Below are positions 51,525 through 63,860 of a stretch of DNA of 64,000 nucleotides, one piece after another. Source of the DNA: Lama glama (Eukaryota); the NCBI GenBank assembly GCA_028534125.1, contig CM052817.1:90832001-90896000 (forward strand), given 5' to 3'. Numbering within the stretch: the first letter of the stretch is position 1; each line of letters begins with the position of its first letter. Under the pieces are notes generated by a model that was given only the letters and a program-made list of their open reading frames with translations, was not told where the DNA came from and did no database searches. A program made the position numbers and the translations under genes.

Positions 51525-51623
51525 ATGACTTTTATACAGGTGTTTCCCCAAAAGGTTATTAATAACCTCAAATATGACTTTTATACAGGTGTTTTCCCCA
51601 AAAGGTTATTAATAACCTCAAAT
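51525..51623. repeat. Tandem duplication, 49 + 50 bp
   Basis: atgacttttatacaggtgttt(t)ccccaaaaggttattaataacctcaaat twice; the copies differ by one T. Confidence 0.95.
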
Positions 51624-51672
51624 CTTTATGTTCTACTTCAGGATAATCAGATTGCACATTTATATATACAAA

Positions 51673-51803
51673 TCAGCAAATAAGAAGAGAGGTTCCTCTT
51701 GGTATTTCTATAAAGTTATCTTGTTTCCTTGAATATAAGATTAGATTCCTGGCATTATTAGAATCTGATCTGAAATTGGCATCTGGCCCAATTACAGCAG
51801 GAA
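51673..51803 (-). CDS. Candidate terminal coding exon of an unidentified gene
   Basis: Acceptor actttcctttcctag|tt; open frame (V)PAVIGPDANFRSDSNNARNLILYSRKQDNFIEIPRGTSLLIC*; downstream AT-rich region with several AATAAA. Peptide not recognised and no upstream partner exon found. Confidence 0.25.
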
Positions 51804-51820
51804 CTAGGAAAGGAAAGTTC

Positions 51821-51865
51821 CATATACATACATACACACACACATACACATATACACACACACAC
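51821..51865. repeat. Compound (CA/TA)n microsatellite
   Basis: catatacatacatacacacacacatacacatatacacacacacac. Confidence 0.85.
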
Positions 51866-53059
51866 TATTATACTTAACTTCTAATAAATTGTTGTGGAAT
51901 GGCGTGAACAAAAGTGGGATCCAAGCAAAACATTCGCCCCATATCATAACATCGCTAATTTCTAAGGCACAGGTGATTTTGAGTTTTGCAGGCCTATACT
52001 GAAACATGCCATATTATAACTGTTTGTCCACTGTTTTTCTGTATTTAAACAACTATGAAAAACCTCGATGTGTGCAGTGTGCTAAGACACTGTTCAGCCT
52101 TTACATGGTATGAAACAATCATAAATACACACAAGCACTGAAACAGTATGAAATACAGTTTGTCCAGAAGGTTTATACCAATTTTTGGTTATAATCCAAA
52201 TAAAACATTAAATTTAAAGTATCTTCTACATAACTCAGATACCTAACAACCCATTCAGATACAGACACACAAGTTTGACAAAAATAGTCCTTTAGAACAA
52301 CTGATAGTTAACATTTTTTACCCATTCACTCACACATAAGCAGGACTTCTAAAGGAGTCTTCCAGGGTTATGCTCCATTCTGAGTGACTATTTATAACTT
52401 TACCTATTTCTTTTCCACTCCAAGAAGCATATTAAAACACAAGAATTCACATGAATTCATAAAGATAACCCAGAGTATGTTCTAGTTTATTTACAAAAGG
52501 CATTTTCTAAATGAAATATTTAAATCATAATTAATATTAAATTACAGTACACTTTAGAATACTAGGGGTGTAATTGATTTCACTACAGTCATAATCAAAA
52601 AGCAAACAAAATTTAGGTAAGCTCTGGAGGAGAGGAGGTGATTCACTATTAATTCGGACACAAATTTTATTTCAGAATCACTCATCATTTAGATATCAGA
52701 GATAAATTTAAATGGCAAATAAAATATTCACTGCATTATTTCAAATTGTTTATGCCACTGAAAAATATAAGCTATTTGGTTTAACTCACAGTTCATTTGA
52801 TCTTGTAGTATGAATTCCCAATACCTTTTTGACCCTAGATAAGTTTTTCCTAAAACAATCTACACACAAAACATATAACTCAGCTCTAAATGGGTTGACT
52901 AATGTTACATTTACAAGTTAGATGTCATATGATACATACCTAATAAATTATTTATCTCAACAAAAATGCTTCCTTATTTAAAGAATCATTTTAATTTTTT
53001 GCTTTTCTGCTGGCTGATTTGCACTCTTGAGAATCATTCTTATTATTTGACTCAGTTTA

Positions 53060-53455
53060 GAGGCAGTCATAAAAATTTAAGAGCACAGGGGTTGGGGTGG
53101 AAGGATATATCTTAATGGTAGAGCACGTGCTTAGCATGCATGAGGTCCTGGGTTCAATCCCCAGCATCTGCAAATAAATAAATACTGAATTACCTCCCCT
53201 CTCCAAAAAAAAAAAGGGGGGAGTGGTTGGAGTTGGAGAGGCTTCAGTTCAAATCCTGACTCTGCGGCTTACTCGCTACATGATTTTAAGCTAATCACTG
53301 ACTTCTCTACACCTCAGTTTTGTCCTTTGTAAAATGAGCATTTTGATATGACCTTCACATTGTGTGATTAAGTAAGAACCAAATGAGAAAATACATTATA
53401 AATCACTTCATATACTGCCTGGCACATAGTCAGTGCTCAGTAAATGTTGCCATTA
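53060..53455 (+). mobile_element. MIR SINE interrupted by a younger SINE
   Basis: ttaagagcacag [SINE] ...gttcaaatcctgactctgc...cctcagttttgtcctttgtaaaatg...cctggcacatagtcagtgctcagtaaatgtt. Confidence 0.9.
53094..53215 (+). mobile_element. tRNA-derived SINE, Vic-1-like (camelid)
   Basis: aatggtagagcacgtgcttagcatgcatgaggtcctgggttcaatccccag, tail aaataaataaatactgaattacctcccc, poly(A). Confidence 0.9.
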
Positions 53456-54959
53456 ATTGTATAATTTGTCAAACTTAGTTAATTCAAACCTCTAATATAC
53501 TAGCATCTATCTCATTATATGATAAAAAGTCTAAAACCGGATTGTTTGCCTCGCTCCGAGATGGCAGCAGTATAGTCATAACTTCTGTAGGTACTTGTAT
53601 TACTTAGCCTGAACTTTTTTCTCAATACCAAGAATATCTGGCTAATGTTAGCTCTAAAAAATTTCTGAATGTCAAGTTTTTGCTTAAAAATCAAATAAAG
53701 TCTGTCACATTGCCATCTTTATAAATGGCCATTGTAAATCAACTAGACTTTAAACAAATAAATAAATGTAAAAAGTAGCAATTGAAGGTCAATAATTACT
53801 GGCACACTGAAATTTAATATTAGTTTTTTAAAAAAACTCTCATTTGTAAGATCAGAACAATTATTTACATTAATGAGAATGAGAATGCATGCTTGAGCCA
53901 ACTAGAAATGAGACTTGGTTCCAGTTTCCAGTCGAAGGTTCAGGGACATATATTCTTTGAAGGGAAGACTGGACCTTTGTCAGAAAAGCCACATTCTCCT
54001 GCCAAGCATTCAGAAAGAGACGGACATACAGGGGGCGGGGGAGCTCACCTACCAAGCTTCATCAAGTGACAACTGTCAAGCCTAGGTCATCCCCAAACCT
54101 AGCTAGAATTGTCAGCCAAGGCCTCCTGCCGGGGAATCCCGGAGAGTCCATAGGGAAGATCAACACAGCTTCTCTTTGTGTAATCCTCCAAGTGTATCAT
54201 CAAGGCTCCAGAGGAGAGATTCAAACTTAAGGTATTTATTTTCTTAAAAGAGTTGAGGTGCAAGATGCCTGCCTACTGAAAATGAGAGGCTACATTGATA
54301 ATTACACAGGCTGTGGAAAATTACTGCTGTTCAGAGGCTGGCTGTGAGGGCGGATAGAAAGCTAAAATGAATTTTTCTATCCAGGGGTTATCTAATTCCT
54401 TCAGCCACCTCCCCAATCCCTGCCTATAGCTTTATAAATTTCTCACATTAGAGAGTCTTAAAACAGAAGCCTCTATTTTGGCAAAGATTCATTAATATTC
54501 ATGTTACAGCCAATTTCTCATACCTGGGTTAGTTACGCATAATGCTTTAATTCTGGCTTGTAAAAAAAATATTTTAAAACATACATTCTTTATATTTGTA
54601 TCATGTATCATATAATTACAGACTACAGGGTACTTTTTTTGGACATCAAGTACAGAGTGTTGTCTTAATCACACAGTTCAGTTTACAGCACGTTATTAGC
54701 ACTGGTCCATACAAGGCACTGCCTTGTTTTATTTCATTCCCTTTTAATTCTCATAACCCACTCACATTCCTCTCTCTCCCCTAAACCAACAGTTGTAATG
54801 TGTTTGATGTGTATCTTTCTGTTTACATGTGGTCTTGCAACATGCATATTGTTCTCTTTTTGCATTTATTTTTATAAAACAGTAGTATCTGTTTCCTTCT
54901 GGCTATTTACTTTTTGACTAAGATTAATGTTAAAAACATGTTGCTATGTTAAGAACACC

Positions 54960-56676
54960 TAAAGGACAAAAACCACATGATCATCTCAAAAGATGCAGAA
55001 AAAGCATTTGATAAAATTCAACACCCATTTATGATAAAAACTCTCACCAAAGTGGGTATAGAGGGAACATATCTCAACAGCATAAAAGCTATATATATAT
55101 ATATATGACAAACCTACAGCCAGCATAGTATTCAAAGGTGAAAAACTCAAAAGCTTCCCACTAAAATCTGGGACAAGACAAGGCTGCCCACTATCACCAC
55201 CCCTATTCAACATAGTCTTGGAAGTCCTAGTCACAGCAATCAGGCAAGAGAGAGAAATAAAAAGGATCNNNNNNNNNNNNNNNNNNNNNNNNNNNNNNNN
55301 NNNNNNNNNNNNNNNNNNNNNNNNNNNNNNNNNNNNNNNNNNNNNNNNNNNNNNNNNNNNNNNNNNNNNNNNNNNNNNNNNNNNNNNNNNNNNNNNNNNN
55401 NNNNNNNNNNNNNNNNNNNNNNNNNNNNNNNNNNNNNNNNNNNNNNNNNNNNNNNNNNNNNNNNNNNNNNNNNNNNNNNNNNNNNNNNNNNNNNNNNNNN
55501 NNNNNNNNNNNNNNNNNNNNNNNNNNNNNNNNNNNNNNNNNNNNNNNNNNNNNNNNNNNNNNNNNNNNNNNNNNNNNNNNNNNNNNNNNNNNNNNNNNNN
55601 NNNNNNNNNNNNNNNNNNNNNNNNNNNNNNNNNNNNNNNNNNNNNNNNNNNNNNNNNNNNNNNNNNNNNNNNNNNNNNNNNNNNNNNNNNNNNNNNNNNN
55701 NNNNNNNNNNNNNNNNNNNNNNNNNNNNNNNNNNNNNNNNNNNNNNNNNNNNNNNNNNNNNNNNNNNNATACAAATGATCAATAGGCACATGAAAAAATG
55801 CTCAATATCACTAATTATCAGAGAAATGCAAATCAAAACTATGATGAGGTATCACCTCACACCAGTCAGAATGGCCATCATTCAAAAGTCCACAAATGAC
55901 AAATGCTGGAGAGGCTGTGGAGAAAAGGGAACCCTCCTACACTGCTGATGGGAATGCGGTTTGGTGCAGTTACTGTGGAAAATAGTACGGAGATTCCTCA
56001 AAAGACTAGAAATAGACTTAGCATATGACCCAGTAATCCCATCCCTGGGCATATATCCAGAAGGAACCCCACTTCAAAAAGACACCTGCACCCAATGTTC
56101 ATAGCAGCACTATTTACAATAGCCAAAGCATGGAAGCAGCCTAAATGTCCATCAACAGATGACTGGATAAAGAAGATGTGGTATATTTACACAATGCAAT
56201 ACTACTCAGCCATAAAAACCAACAACAACGCCATTTGCAGCAACATGGATATCCCTGGAGAATGTCACTCTAAGTGAAGTAAGCCAGAAAGAGAAAGAAA
56301 AATACCATATGAGATCGCTCATATGTAGAATCTAAAAAAAAAGAAAAGAAAAGAAAAGGAAGAAGAACATAAATACAAAACAGAAACAGACTCATAGACA
56401 TAGAATACAAACTTGTGGTTCCCAAGGGGGTGGGGGCTGGGAAGGGACAGACTGGGAAATTTGTAGATACTGACAGGCATATGTAGAATAGATAAACAAT
56501 ATTATACTGTATAGCACAGGGAAATATATACAAGATCCTATGGTAGCTCACAGTGAAAAAAAAATGTGACAATGAATATACACACGTTTATGTATAACTG
56601 AAAAATTGTGCACTACACTGGAAATTGACAACATTGTAAAATGACTATAACTCAATTAAAAAATGTTAAAAAAAAA
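54960..56676 (+). mobile_element. Young 5'-truncated L1 (RT domain to poly(A)), spanning the assembly gap
   Basis: [28 protein letters not shown]...[20 protein letters not shown]; after the gap [18 protein letters not shown]...MFIAALFTIAKAWKQPKCP; 3' UTR and A tail. Confidence 0.97.
55269..55768. other. Assembly gap (500 N)
   Basis: Run of N. Confidence 1.
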
Positions 56677-58924
56677 TCTAATCTTTTTATTCTGACTGCT
56701 GTTTAGAATTTGTGTATTTCCATCATGTTTTCCCTACTTCCTCTCTCCATGAAGAAGCCTCCCTACCACTGCAATGAACAACCTCATTCTGGACACTTAT
56801 AGGTGAGAGGACCATATTGTCCAAGCCAGACCCCTTCTGAGAATGAATGGGGGTACTATCATGGACCTGTTCAGGAAAATCAGGTTGTGTGGTCACTCTC
56901 CTTATGGACCTATGCAGACCTTTAGGATCTATACCAAGGGCAGAATTCAAATGTTCGAACTACTACTAGATAGTTCACCAGGATACAGCATTAGTCTACA
57001 TTCCCATCAGAACAGACACAGTTTCCATTTTTTACATTCCTTTCACTGTAATATTACCCGCATATATGTTAAGATGTTTTTAAATTTATAATATGTTCTA
57101 TGAAAGCCATGTCAAGTAAAACTAAGCCAAATACCTAAACAATTTTAAAGTAAAAAAATAGAGCATTCTAGGATACACCTACGAGCCAAAAGCATTCTCA
57201 GAGCCATATATTCATTTCTCTGCACAACTGATTTCCTCTGCACAAAGGCATACTGGTAAAGTCTTATATATATCAGCATTTCCGAATCTTTTCTTCCATG
57301 AAGATACACTTGATGACATTCACATTTGGAACTACTAAGATTATTTGTCTAGAGTTCATGATGTGTGTCCACAAGCTGTAAAACCACCTCTTTATTTCCC
57401 ACTGAACGTTCCCAGCACTGTGTTAGAACAGTAGCCTTGAGAATCATGGTGATTTATTTCACTATGTAAATACACTTTGAATCAACCATCCTATATAAGG
57501 AGATCTTCCAAACTGCTAAAGCTTATTCCTTTCAGTGCCCCAACTTCATTTTAATTCTAACCATACCTCCACAAGTGATTCAAAAACACAGCTAAGTCCA
57601 AAAACAAGTGCCTTAAAATACTGTCCCAGTAGCACCCACCCCACCTCAACAATTTTTATTACTCCCTGGATAAAGATTTCCACTGTTCATGGCAGGAAAT
57701 CTATGAAATGTAGGACTTTTAATAAACCAATCAAAGCCTTAATATGTTATGGGGTTACCAGGAATCTAGAATCACTGGAAATGTATGACTTGTTCATTGA
57801 AGGTATTATAGACCAAGATTATCTGAAAAACTGAAGCTCCAGCAATATAAATATTAAGGTGTCTCCCCATCCCCCAAACATTTTGACATATGGCAGGTGA
57901 TAATGACAAGAGGTAAAACAGCAGAATGTCAGAGAAGATATCAAAGTATTAACATGCATGGCAACTTGGTGAACATTTCCTTCTTTGAGATACACCTGAG
58001 AATTATATATTACATTCACTTACTGCACCAGGTATCATGAAGGCAACAAACTCTCTTAAGAGTCTATGAGCCAGACCAGCCTGTCTTTTCCATGCTACTC
58101 TGAATCTTAAGGACCATAACAACTATTATAAGAGTCCAAGTATGTAAAAAATAGGTATAATCCTAATATTTGGCAATAACAGTAAAGACCAAAAAAAAAT
58201 GCCCCTGCTTTGAGAACTTAATAAACAGATTTTTTTATATTTCCAAGCAATGAGTGTCACAAAATCCTTACTTCATGCTTGTCCCCCTCATCCTAGTGAC
58301 ATATGCTTGACCTCCACATCATCCTTCATGTGTTTCCTTTTGATTAGTTCAAATTGGGATGCTACCGTTGAAGAGCATCAATACCTGAGGGTGTGTATGG
58401 TCAATAACAGAAAATAAGGACTTTGTTAATGGCCTACTTTTGCCATCTCCATTGCTAGTTGTGGAGAGCTGATATAGAAGTATCAGTTTTTTATTTTGTA
58501 TTCAATCACCTCACCAACTTTTCTTATGAATTCTAACAGTGCTTGGTTTGGTTTGGTTTGGTTCTGCTTTCTTTCTTTTTTTTTTTTTATTGTTATCCGT
58601 TATACTTTATTAAAACAAACAAAAACCAAAACAGAGTACCTTGATTTCTCTAGTATATTGTTTGCCCGAAGAGATACCGTTTCTTTTCCAATGTATACTC
58701 ATTTTCTTAACATTGTTATTTTCCCACATTTGCAAGTCTCTCCAAAACACTGTTGAGTACTATAATAATAGCGATTTCTGTTCGCTCTTGATTTTAGTTG
58801 AAATAGTTTTAGTGGTTCCATAATTAAATTGTATTTATTTGGAGGTTTTAGCAAACATAATTCATCACATTTAAGTAACAGTCCTCTATTATCCAAATGC
58901 CCTTTGAGCATTGATCCATGTCAT

Positions 58925-59146
58925 CAGTGGTGGGCCTGAGCTAGCTCACCCAGGCTGACGAGATCCAACTGTGCAAATCCTTTCTCAACTCCATTCAGTG
59001 GTGTCACATTGGGTAAGGTCTGAACTCTTTTAAAATGGCCACAATGGAAGTACTTGCACCATGGAAATCAGCCAATGCAACAAATTAGGGCAATTTTTTT
59101 TTTTTGGGTGGAGAGTTGTTTGTTCAACATTTACTACATGCCATTG
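58925..59146. mobile_element. MER63A-like hAT-Blackjack MITE
   Basis: cagtggtgggcctgagc...cattcagtggtgtcacattgg...caccatggaaatcagccaatgcaacaaattagggc...aacatttactacatgccattg. Confidence 0.75.
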
Positions 59147-60367
59147 CATATAATTATATATAGTCTTTCTCCTTTGATTTAATTAACATAATCCATTTGA
59201 TCCCCAAATACTCAGAGTAGACAACACAGGACAAGTGTTGTTCCAGGTACTGCAGATACAGCAGTTAAAAAAACTTGCCAAATTCTTTCCCTCAAGCACT
59301 TTGATATCTGATAGAGTTTATGTTCTATGATGTGATTATGTTGATAGATTTCCTGATATTTGATTATATTTTCATTATGGAATAGACCCTAATTGGTCAG
59401 AGGGTATATTATTTTGATATACTGCTGAATTGAATTTGCTTATTTTATTTAGAATGTTTGCATCTATATTCAACAGTGATAACAGCCTTTGGTTGGAGGG
59501 GTTCTTTTTGTATTGTATTGGTGAGAGTTTTGCTATTAATGTTCACCTGTTTACATAAAATTTGAAGAACTTTCAGTCTAGTTCTGACGTCTGGAATAGT
59601 TTAAATAACACTGCAATCATCTGTTCTTTAAAGGCTGGCTAGAAACTCAGCTGTGAGACCATCTGGACTCGGGTGCCTGTTTTAATAGTCGATCTTTAAA
59701 TGCCCTTTCCAGTCCCTTCTACAACAATGGGTCCAATCAAACATTTTTTTTGTTGATAAAACATACCTTTTGATCAAAACCATCCATTTCATCTAGATTT
59801 TCAAATTTATTACCAAAGAGCACCAGTAAATATTATTTTATAATGTTTAAAGTCCTTCGTCATTTGTGTTTTATCCACTTTGTATTTTCTCTCTCACTCT
59901 TCACCAGACTTGTGGAAGATTTCATCTATTTAATCAGTCTTTCCATAGAACGAGCCCTTGAATTTATTTTCCTTTCAACTCTGTTTGTTGTTTCTACATC
60001 CATTTCAACTTCTATCTTTACTATGTATCTTTCCAATATCTTTTGGTTAATTTTATTCTTCTTTTTCTAATTTCTAAAACTGTGTATCAGGTTCCTGTAT
60101 TTTTAGTGTTAAGAATTACGACATTCAGTGCTATATATTTTCCTCTTAATGTAGCTTTTGCTGAAAAAAGATTTTTATATGAATATTTTTGTTTATTATT
60201 TCAAGATAGTTTATATCAGTTTGAATTTCTTTTTTAATTTCAGAGTTAATTATGGGAATATTTCTTAATTTTCAAATAGTTGATACTTTTTCATCACCTT
60301 GTTTTTTAATTGAATTATCATTAACATTTTGACTCTCCATTTTTTTGCCTTTGACTTGGTTAAAGGC

Positions 60368-60391
60368 TGTGTGTGTGTGTGTGTGTGTGTG
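60368..60391. repeat. (TG)n microsatellite
   Basis: Seen directly. Confidence 0.95.
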
Positions 60392-60473
60392 GTCAAGTAA
60401 AAAATCAATTTTTATAAATATTCCATGAAAATAAAAGTGTAGATATTCCATATATAGATCTAAAGTCTGAGCA

Positions 60474-60858
60474 TGTTATGGACTGAAATTTGTCCCCCTA
60501 GAATTCATAAGTTAAAGCCCAAACCCCCAATGTAACTGTATTTGGAGAAAAGGTCCTTAAGGATGTAGTTAAGGTTAAATGAGGTCATGAGGATGGGACC
60601 CTGATCCAACAAAACTAGTGTCCACATATCCACATAAGAAGACAAAGATACCAGGAGACCACATGAATGGAGAAAAGGCCATGTGAGGACACAGCAAGAA
60701 AGCAGTTGTTTCCAACAAGGAGACAGGCCTTTGGAAAAAACAAACCCACCAACATTTTAATCTTGGATTCCCAGCCTCCAGAACCATGAGAAAATAAGTT
60801 TCTGTTGTTTTAGCCACCCAGTGGTGTTTTGTTATGGCAGCCTTTGCTGCTTAATATA
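60474..60858 (+). mobile_element. MLT1A-type MaLR solo LTR
   Basis: tgttatggactgaa...gttaaatgaggtcatgagg...ccagcctccagaaccatgagaaaataagtttctgttg...ttaatata; 5-bp flanks gagca/gagaa. Confidence 0.92.
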
Positions 60859-61836
60859 GAGAAATAGGGGTAAAAGATAAAATCATATGTATTGGTTATA
60901 TTTTTTCTATTTTATATGTTCTTGCTTACTTTGGGGTGCTAGATTTAGCCCATTTGGATGATGTATATGGAAATTTCCCATTATATTTGAATACTTACCA
61001 GGTTTTCTTTGTATTTCTAAGGTTTTTTTTTTGCATTACTTATTTTAATATTCTGATGTTTATTTAGTACAGCCTGGTTTATAATTTACTCATAAATTTT
61101 GCTTCCCATAATTACATAATCCATATTCCTATTTATACTGTTAATGTTTTTTATCTTGTTTAAGTGTTTTTAACTTTAGTTTGATTAACTATGGTCTAAT
61201 ATTAACACTGCCACTAGTGCTTTTGTTTGCTTTTTCTTTAACCGAATTTATGTTTTTAAACATCTTTTCTATCATCCTGCTTTAAATGTTTCTTGTAAAT
61301 AATACATTTTGGGATTTTGTTTTTTTACCTGATACAACTATCTTTGACAGCCTATTCACATTTAATTTACTAGGTTTTATTTTTGCCCCTAACATTTAGT
61401 ATCATTCAATTTTGTTGTTTCTTTCCTTTCTGATTTTGGGCTAATTTAATGAAGTCAGTATTCACTGATTTTTTTTCTTCTTTTTATTTAGACATTTTAC
61501 TGTACTCTTTACTTCTGCTAGTGACAACTTTCCTTCCTGAAACTCACAATATGCCAATTATTTCCACCACTGAGATGTTCTATGTCTCATTTGCTCCCGA
61601 CCTTAACCCAATTAGATTAGACCTTTAGGATAGCTTGCCTTCTCCACTCTCCCAACCTAATAAAATCTTCAGATTGATTCTACTTCACCTGTCTCACCAT
61701 ACCTAACAAACAAATTCCTAAGCTTTGTTTAACCTAGTATTGTGATTTCAGACTACTGTTGTTTCTATTGCAACATGGCTTTTTCACTTCAATAATTTTT
61801 GTTTTGTAATTTGTTTTCAGGTATTCTGTCAGATAA

Positions 61837-62888
61837 CAGGTATAGCCTGTCTCACTGTGCTTTGCTTAACTGTATTTCATAGATACTGCACTTTGTACAA
61901 ATTGGTTTGTTGCAATCCTGTGTTGAGCAAGTCTATTGACATCATTTTTACCAACATTTTGCTCACTTTGTGTCCCTATTCACATACTGTTGACTTTTGC
62001 AATATTTCAAACTGTTTCATTATTATTCTATTTCTTACAGTGATCTGTGATTGGTGATCTTTGATGTCACTATTGTAATCATATAAGACAGCGGACTTAA
62101 TCAATAAATACTGTGTATGTTCTGACAGCTCCACCAACTGGCCACTCCATCTCTCTCCCTACTCCCTGAGTCACAACAATATTGAAATGAGGCCAATTAA
62201 TAACCCTACAAGGGCCTCTAAGTGTTCAAGTGAAAGAAGCAGTCACACATCTCTCACTTTAAATCAAAAGCTAGAAATGATGAAGCTTAATGAGGAAGGC
62301 ATGTTGAAAAGGTGAGACAGGCTGAAAGCTAGGCCTCTTGTACCAAACAGTTAGCCAAGTTGTGAATGCAAAGGAAAAGTTCTTGAAGGAAATTAAAAGT
62401 GCTACTCCAGTGAACATGTGAATGATAAGAAAGTGAAACAGCCTTATTGCTGAAATGGAGAAAGTTTGAGCGGTCTGGATAGAAGATCAAACCAGCCACC
62501 TCATCCCCTTCAGCCAAAGCCTCACCCAGAACAAGGCCCTGACTCTGACTCTCTTCAGTTCTATGAAGGCTGAGACAGCTGAGGAAGCTGTAGAAGAAAA
62601 GCCTGAAGCTAGCAGAGGCTGGTTCATGAGGCTTAAGGAAAGAAACCTTTTCTGTAACATCAAAGTACCAGGTGAAGTAGCAATGGCCAATGTAGAAACT
62701 GCAGCAAGTTATCCAGGAAATCTAACTGAGATATAATGAAGGTGGCTACATCAAACAACAAATTTTCAATGGAGACAAACAGCCTTCTTTTGGTTGAATA
62801 TGCCTCCTAGGACTCCCATAGCTAGAGAGGAGAAGTCAATGCCTGGCTTCAAAGGACAGCTCAACTCTCTTTTTTGGTGCTAATGTAC
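61837..62888 (+). mobile_element. Tigger1 (TcMar-Tigger) 5' ~1 kb with decayed transposase N-terminus
   Basis: Terminal caggtata; transposase remnant from ~62211 ASKCSSERSSHTSLTLNQKLEMMKL...QTVSQVVNAKEKFLKEIKSATPVN; start codon lost, frameshifts. Confidence 0.95.
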
Positions 62889-62889
62889 T

Positions 62890-63860
62890 AGTGTATCAGA
62901 GTGATCAATGACTTTGAGGAAATAAAGTAGCCAAAGGACTAAGGAATTCAGGGTAAGGGGTAGACTTCAATTTTATATAGATCATCAAGGAAATCTAAGA
63001 AAGTAAAAGTAGAGCTAAAACCTATAAGGAATGAAAGCCTTGTGTGGGAGCACAGTCAGGGGTTAGTAAGTTGTAGGGCCGCACTGCACAGCGGAAAACC
63101 GCAGGGCATGCTTCACTTATCTGTGACATGAATCTTTGATTCATGAGATTCCTACACTTCCCAGTCCTTTCATTATCTCTTAGCAGATCTTAACCTAGAA
63201 CAGTTTAACCTTTTATTTAAATTGCTTAAGATTTATGACTTAACGCCTTGCTCTGTTCAAATTCCAATGACATACGTCACTCTATTTGAAGATCGTGCTC
63301 AATAAATGAGAGAGTCTAAGGGGGTCTCACAGACTTGGTCTCCAGCTCCCTCTCACCTCTCTTCACTTGCTATAGTCTTCAGTAATCCTTTCATCCACAG
63401 CGGGCTTTGCTGGCCAAAACCTACAGCCTTGGAAGATGAGTATGCCAGGTAGAGGGAGCTTAAGGTCAGGTAGTTAGAGCAGAGTGAATGAACAAATGGG
63501 AGAAAGAGATACAGAGAAGGTAGCAGCAGACAGATTATGTAAGCCTGTCTCAGAGGTCTGTGCTGGAGATAGTTATTGGAATAGTGATGGTATTTAAAAT
63601 GCTGGGGTTCAATGAGATGGTCAAGGGAGTGAGTTGTGGGTAGAGAACGGGTTAACCGCTAAGACCTGGGGTGCACCAACATTAAAGGACTGGGGAAAAG
63701 GTATGGAATCAGCAGAGGAGACTGAGAAGCAGCAAGGAGTGAAGTCGTAAGTAGAGTCACTAGAGATGGAATGGAAGACAGTGAAGAGAGACAATTCCTC
63801 CCAGGATTTTCACTCCAAAGTAGAAAAAAGAAATGGGCTAATGCTGGCAAGGGAGTGAGA
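62890..63860 (-). mobile_element. L2 fragment split by an LTR
   Basis: gatggtatttaaaatgctggggttcaatgagatggtcaagggagtgag...caccaacattaaagg...cagcagaggagactgagaag. Confidence 0.8.
63041..63425 (+). mobile_element. ERV1-type solo LTR (385 bp)
   Basis: TG...CA termini, perfect 4-bp TSD GCCT (63037-63040 / 63426-63429), AATAAA at 63301. Confidence 0.8.

Larger units (their letters stand above)
54560..57060 (-). mobile_element. Old L1ME-type 3' region, split by a young L1
   Basis: catgttgctatgtt [young L1] tctaatctttttattctgactgctgt...ggatctataccaagggcagaatt...cattcccatcagaac. Confidence 0.55.
58490..61800 (-). mobile_element. Ancient L1M ORF2 remnants (interrupted)
   Basis: gatatactgctgaattgaatttgct, atctgttctttaaaggctggctagaaactcagctgtgagaccatctggac, ccatccatttcatctagattttcaaatttatt; very T-rich; boundaries approximate. 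Confidence 0.7.

Noticed and set aside
53870..54275. Short ORFs on both strands as further exons of the 51.7-kb candidate
   Set aside because: The frames end in stops without a compatible donor, and the peptides are unrecognised.
54352..54382. 9-bp stem GGATAGAAA...TTTCTATCC
   Set aside because: Too short for a pre-miRNA; expected by chance.
54986..55836. Longest ORFs in the track (267, 198, 186 aa)
   Set aside because: Artefacts of translating the N gap within an L1.
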